A DNA stretch of 64,000 bases from Polyangiales bacterium. Its GTDB lineage: Bacteria > Myxococcota_A > Polyangia > Polyangiales > Polyangiaceae. Location: assembly GCA_038230375.1 (NCBI GenBank), contig JBBRNJ010000033.1:1-64000 (forward strand), written 5' to 3'. Position 1 is the stretch's first letter. Each line of letters starts with the position of its first letter. Positions 61,345 to 64,000 of the stretch are shown one piece after another. The position numbers and the translations under genes were made by a program. Below the pieces are notes generated by a model. The model saw nothing but the letters and a program-made list of their open reading frames with translations. It was not told the origin of the DNA and ran no database searches.

Positions 61345-62184
61345 CTAGCGCGGATGAGGCGCCTCCGGAGCGGATTCGCCATCCAGCGCCGTGCGCAAGC
61401 TCGACACCAGGGCCTTGACCTTGGCGATGCGGGCGTCTGGCGATGTTGCGTTCTCGATCTCGCGCACGATGGCGGTTCCGACGACCACGCCGTCGGCGCC
61501 GCGCGCTGCGAGCTTCGCCTTGTCCGGGCCGTCGATGCCGAAGCCGATCACCACGGGGAGCCCGGTTCGCGCGCGCACCTGGGACGCCCGGACCGCGGCC
61601 TCCGGAAGGGGCGCTGCGGCGTTGCCCGTGACGCCCGCGACCGAGACGTAGTACACGAACCCGGCGTCCGCGCCGTGCTGCGCCAGGCGGGCGACATGCG
61701 CGTCCGTGCTGGTGGGCGCGACCAGCGGCACCACGCGGAGGTCGTTCGCGCGGGCGGCGGCCATCAGCTCTTCACCGTGCCCGAATGGGAGGTCCACCAC
61801 GAGGAGCGCGTCGATGCCGGCCTCCCTGGCCGCGAGCACCGCCTTGTCCGTGCCGCGTACGTAGAGCGGGTTGTAATAGCCGAAGAGCACCAGCGGTAGA
61901 TCCTTGTAGGATGCACGTAATGCCGTCGCCACACGCAGGGTCATCGTCAGTCCTCCACCCGCGGCGATGGAGCGCTCGCTGGCGCGGGCGATCACCGGGC
62001 CGTCCGCCGTGGGATCGCTGAAGGGCGAGCCCAGCTCCAGGATGTCCGCGCCGGCATCCACGCATGCCTTTGCGAGCGCGAGGGACTCGGTCTCGTTCGG
62101 ATCGCCGATGCAGAGGTAGGTGACGAGGAGCTTTCGCTTCGCCTCACGCGCGTGGGAGAACGCGCGCTCGATGCGGCCGTTCAC
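61345..62184 (-). CDS. trpA: Tryptophan synthase alpha chain
   Basis: [51 protein letters not shown]. Confidence 0.97.
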   Translation of the reverse strand: MNGRIERAFSHAREAKRKLLVTYLCIGDPNETESLALAKACVDAGADILELGSPFSDPTADGPVIARASERSIAAGGGLTMTLRVATALRASYKDLPLVLFGYYNPLYVRGTDKAVLAAREAGIDALLVVDLPFGHGEELMAAARANDLRVVPLVAPTSTDAHVARLAQHGADAGFVYYVSVAGVTGNAAAPLPEAAVRASQVRARTGLPVVIGFGIDGPDKAKLAARGADGVVVGTAIVREIENATSPDARIAKVKALVSSLRTALDGESAPEAPHPR

Positions 62185-63449
62185 GATGGGTCCTTCTCGG
62201 CGCGCTCATGCTCGCGGAGGTCGCGCTCGCGCAGGTAGGTCGCGAGATCCTTGTCGCCGCGCCCGCTGAGGCAGAACGCGAGCGTGACCGGGCGGCCGCG
62301 CTCCGCGGACAGGATGTCGGCGATGTCCTTCACGCGCGCGAACGCGTGCGCGGTCTCCAGCGCGGGAAGGATGCCCTCCGTGCGCGTGACGAGCGTGGCC
62401 GCGGTGATGGCCTCGTTGTCGGTGGCGGAGAGGTAGCGTGCGCGCGCGGAGTCCTTGAGGTGGGCGTGCTCGGGGCCCACGCCTGGGTAGTCGAGGCCCG
62501 CGCTGATCGAGTGCGCCTCCTGGACCTGGCCCTCGTCGTTCGAGAGGACGTAGGACAGAGAGCCGTGCAGGATGCCCTTGCGGCCTCGGGTGAGCGTGGC
62601 TGCATGCTTGTCCGTGTGCACGCCGTGGCCGGCGGCCTCCACGCCGAAGAGCGCGACGCTGTCGTCCTTCATGAAGGCCCGGAACATGCCGATCGCGTTC
62701 GAGCCGCCGCCGACGCACGCGATCACGCCATCTGGAAGCGCGCCCGTCGCCGCGAGCACCTGCGCGCGCGCCTCTTCGCCGATGACCGACTGAAAGCCCG
62801 CGACGAGCTCGGGGTAGGGGTGAGGTCCCGCAGCGGAGCCGATGCAGTAGTACGTGGTGCCGACGTTGGTGACCCAGTCACGGAGCGCCTCGTTCATGGC
62901 GTCCTTCAGCGTCTTCGAGCCGGACGTGACGGGGATGACGCGCGCACCGAGCATGGTCATGCGCGCCACGTTGGGCGCCTGACGTGCCACGTCCGACTCG
63001 CCCATGAAGACGTCGCATGGAAGGCCCAGGAGCGCTGCGGCCGTGGCAGTGGCGACGCCGTGCTGCCCTGCGCCGGTCTCCGCGATGATGCGAGCCTTGC
63101 CCATGCGCTTCGCGAGGAGCACCTGCCCGAGCGCGTTGTTGATCTTGTGCGCGCCCGTGTGACAGAGATCTTCTCGCTTCAGGAAGAGCCGCGCGATCTT
63201 GGTGTGATCCGCATTGAGCGCGCGTGCCAGCCTGTCCGCGCTGGAGAGCGGCGTGGGTCGACCCACGTAAGAAGCGAGGAGCTCGCGCCATTCAGCCTGG
63301 AATGCGGCGCTCGCGACCACGTCCTTCATGGCGACGGTGAGCTCGTCCAGGGCGAACATCAATGTCTCCGACACGAACCGCCCGCCGAACGCGCCGTAGT
63401 AACCTTCACGGCTATCTGGTTGCGGCACGGGCGGATCCTTGGTGGGCAT
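62181..63449 (-). CDS. trpB: Tryptophan synthase beta chain
   Basis: [61 protein letters not shown]; start ATG 63449. Confidence 0.97.
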   Translation of the reverse strand: MPTKDPPVPQPDSREGYYGAFGGRFVSETLMFALDELTVAMKDVVASAAFQAEWRELLASYVGRPTPLSSADRLARALNADHTKIARLFLKREDLCHTGAHKINNALGQVLLAKRMGKARIIAETGAGQHGVATATAAALLGLPCDVFMGESDVARQAPNVARMTMLGARVIPVTSGSKTLKDAMNEALRDWVTNVGTTYYCIGSAAGPHPYPELVAGFQSVIGEEARAQVLAATGALPDGVIACVGGGSNAIGMFRAFMKDDSVALFGVEAAGHGVHTDKHAATLTRGRKGILHGSLSYVLSNDEGQVQEAHSISAGLDYPGVGPEHAHLKDSARARYLSATDNEAITAATLVTRTEGILPALETAHAFARVKDIADILSAERGRPVTLAFCLSGRGDKDLATYLRERDLREHERAEKDPS

Positions 63450-63506
63450 GACGCACGCATTCTGGCACGCTCGCGCGCTGCACGAAAGCCGTGTAAACGG
63501 TGGAGC

Positions 63507-64000
63507 ATGTCCGAAGAGAAGCTCCTCGCCGCCCGCGCAGAGTTCCCGTCGCTCGAATCGTGCACGCACCTCATCAGTCACTCCCTTGGCGCCATGCCGA
63601 AGGCCGCCCGCACGTACGCGAACCAGTTTCTGGACGAATGGGAGAACGACTCGATCACGGCGTGGGGCAAGTGGCTTCCGGCAGTGCGCTCGCTCGCGGA
63701 CGTGGTGTCGGGTGTGCTTGGCGTCGAGAGCGGCTCCACGCTCATCTTGCCAAACGTCTCCACCATCCAGGCGGCCGTCGCGTCGTGCTTCACGTTCGAC
63801 GACACGCAGAAGGGTCGCTTCGCAGGTCGCAACAAGATCGTCTACGACGAGCTGAACTTCTCCACCGTCCACTACGTGTGGCGCGAGCAGGAGCGACGTG
63901 GCGCGAAGGTCGTGGTCGTCCCGAGCAAGGACGGAATCCACGCACCCATCGACGCACTGCTCGACGCGATCGACGAAGAGACGCTGCTCGTCCCGATCAG
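63507..64000 (+). CDS. Kynureninase-like class V PLP aminotransferase (partial, runs off the right edge)
   Basis: Read manually: [31 protein letters not shown]...AWGKW...NVS...[22 protein letters not shown]. Confidence 0.8.
   Translation, partial: MSEEKLLAARAEFPSLESCTHLISHSLGAMPKAARTYANQFLDEWENDSITAWGKWLPAVRSLADVVSGVLGVESGSTLILPNVSTIQAAVASCFTFDDTQKGRFAGRNKIVYDELNFSTVHYVWREQERRGAKVVVVPSKDGIHAPIDALLDAIDEETLLVPI

Noticed and set aside
63450..63941. 586-aa TrpB with N-terminal extension
   Set aside because: The extension is antisense to the kynureninase-like gene; TrpB homology begins just after ATG 63449

Overview
GC-rich (about 70%) chromosomal window, most likely from a myxobacterium of the Polyangiales type. 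The evidence is a MYXO-CTERM protein, many Cys-rich and 'DAG'-rich lipoproteins, Hanks-type kinases and a GYF/TonB-C protein. About 52 densely packed CDS. Housekeeping genes include an ABC-F ATPase, a DEAD-box helicase, fabH, a polyprenyl synthetase, FKBP, sucA, plsC, cardiolipin synthase, miaB, fadD, trpBA and a kynureninase-like gene; there are also many secreted or lipoproteins of unknown function and one tRNA-Lys(UUU). I found no integrase, transposase, reverse transcriptase or CRISPR array. The most unusual signals are non-coding or sub-genic. (1) A ~250-bp dyad element (19546-19797) has two inverted arms that keep three hairpins while the stem sequences differ. (2) Three gene 3' ends next to structured or repetitive intergenic DNA switch to A-ending codons, while ordinary convergent junctions do not. 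(3) A mirror array of seven CGTAAC/GTTACG boxes lies upstream of an ECF sigma factor. (4) A nested-stem intergenic region lies between fabH and tRNA-Lys. Notable gene-level items are a fabH-multiheme cytochrome-membrane protein unit, a SecD-like/PrsW fusion and a pseudokinase-GYF-TonB-C protein. All product calls come from motif recognition, not database searches.
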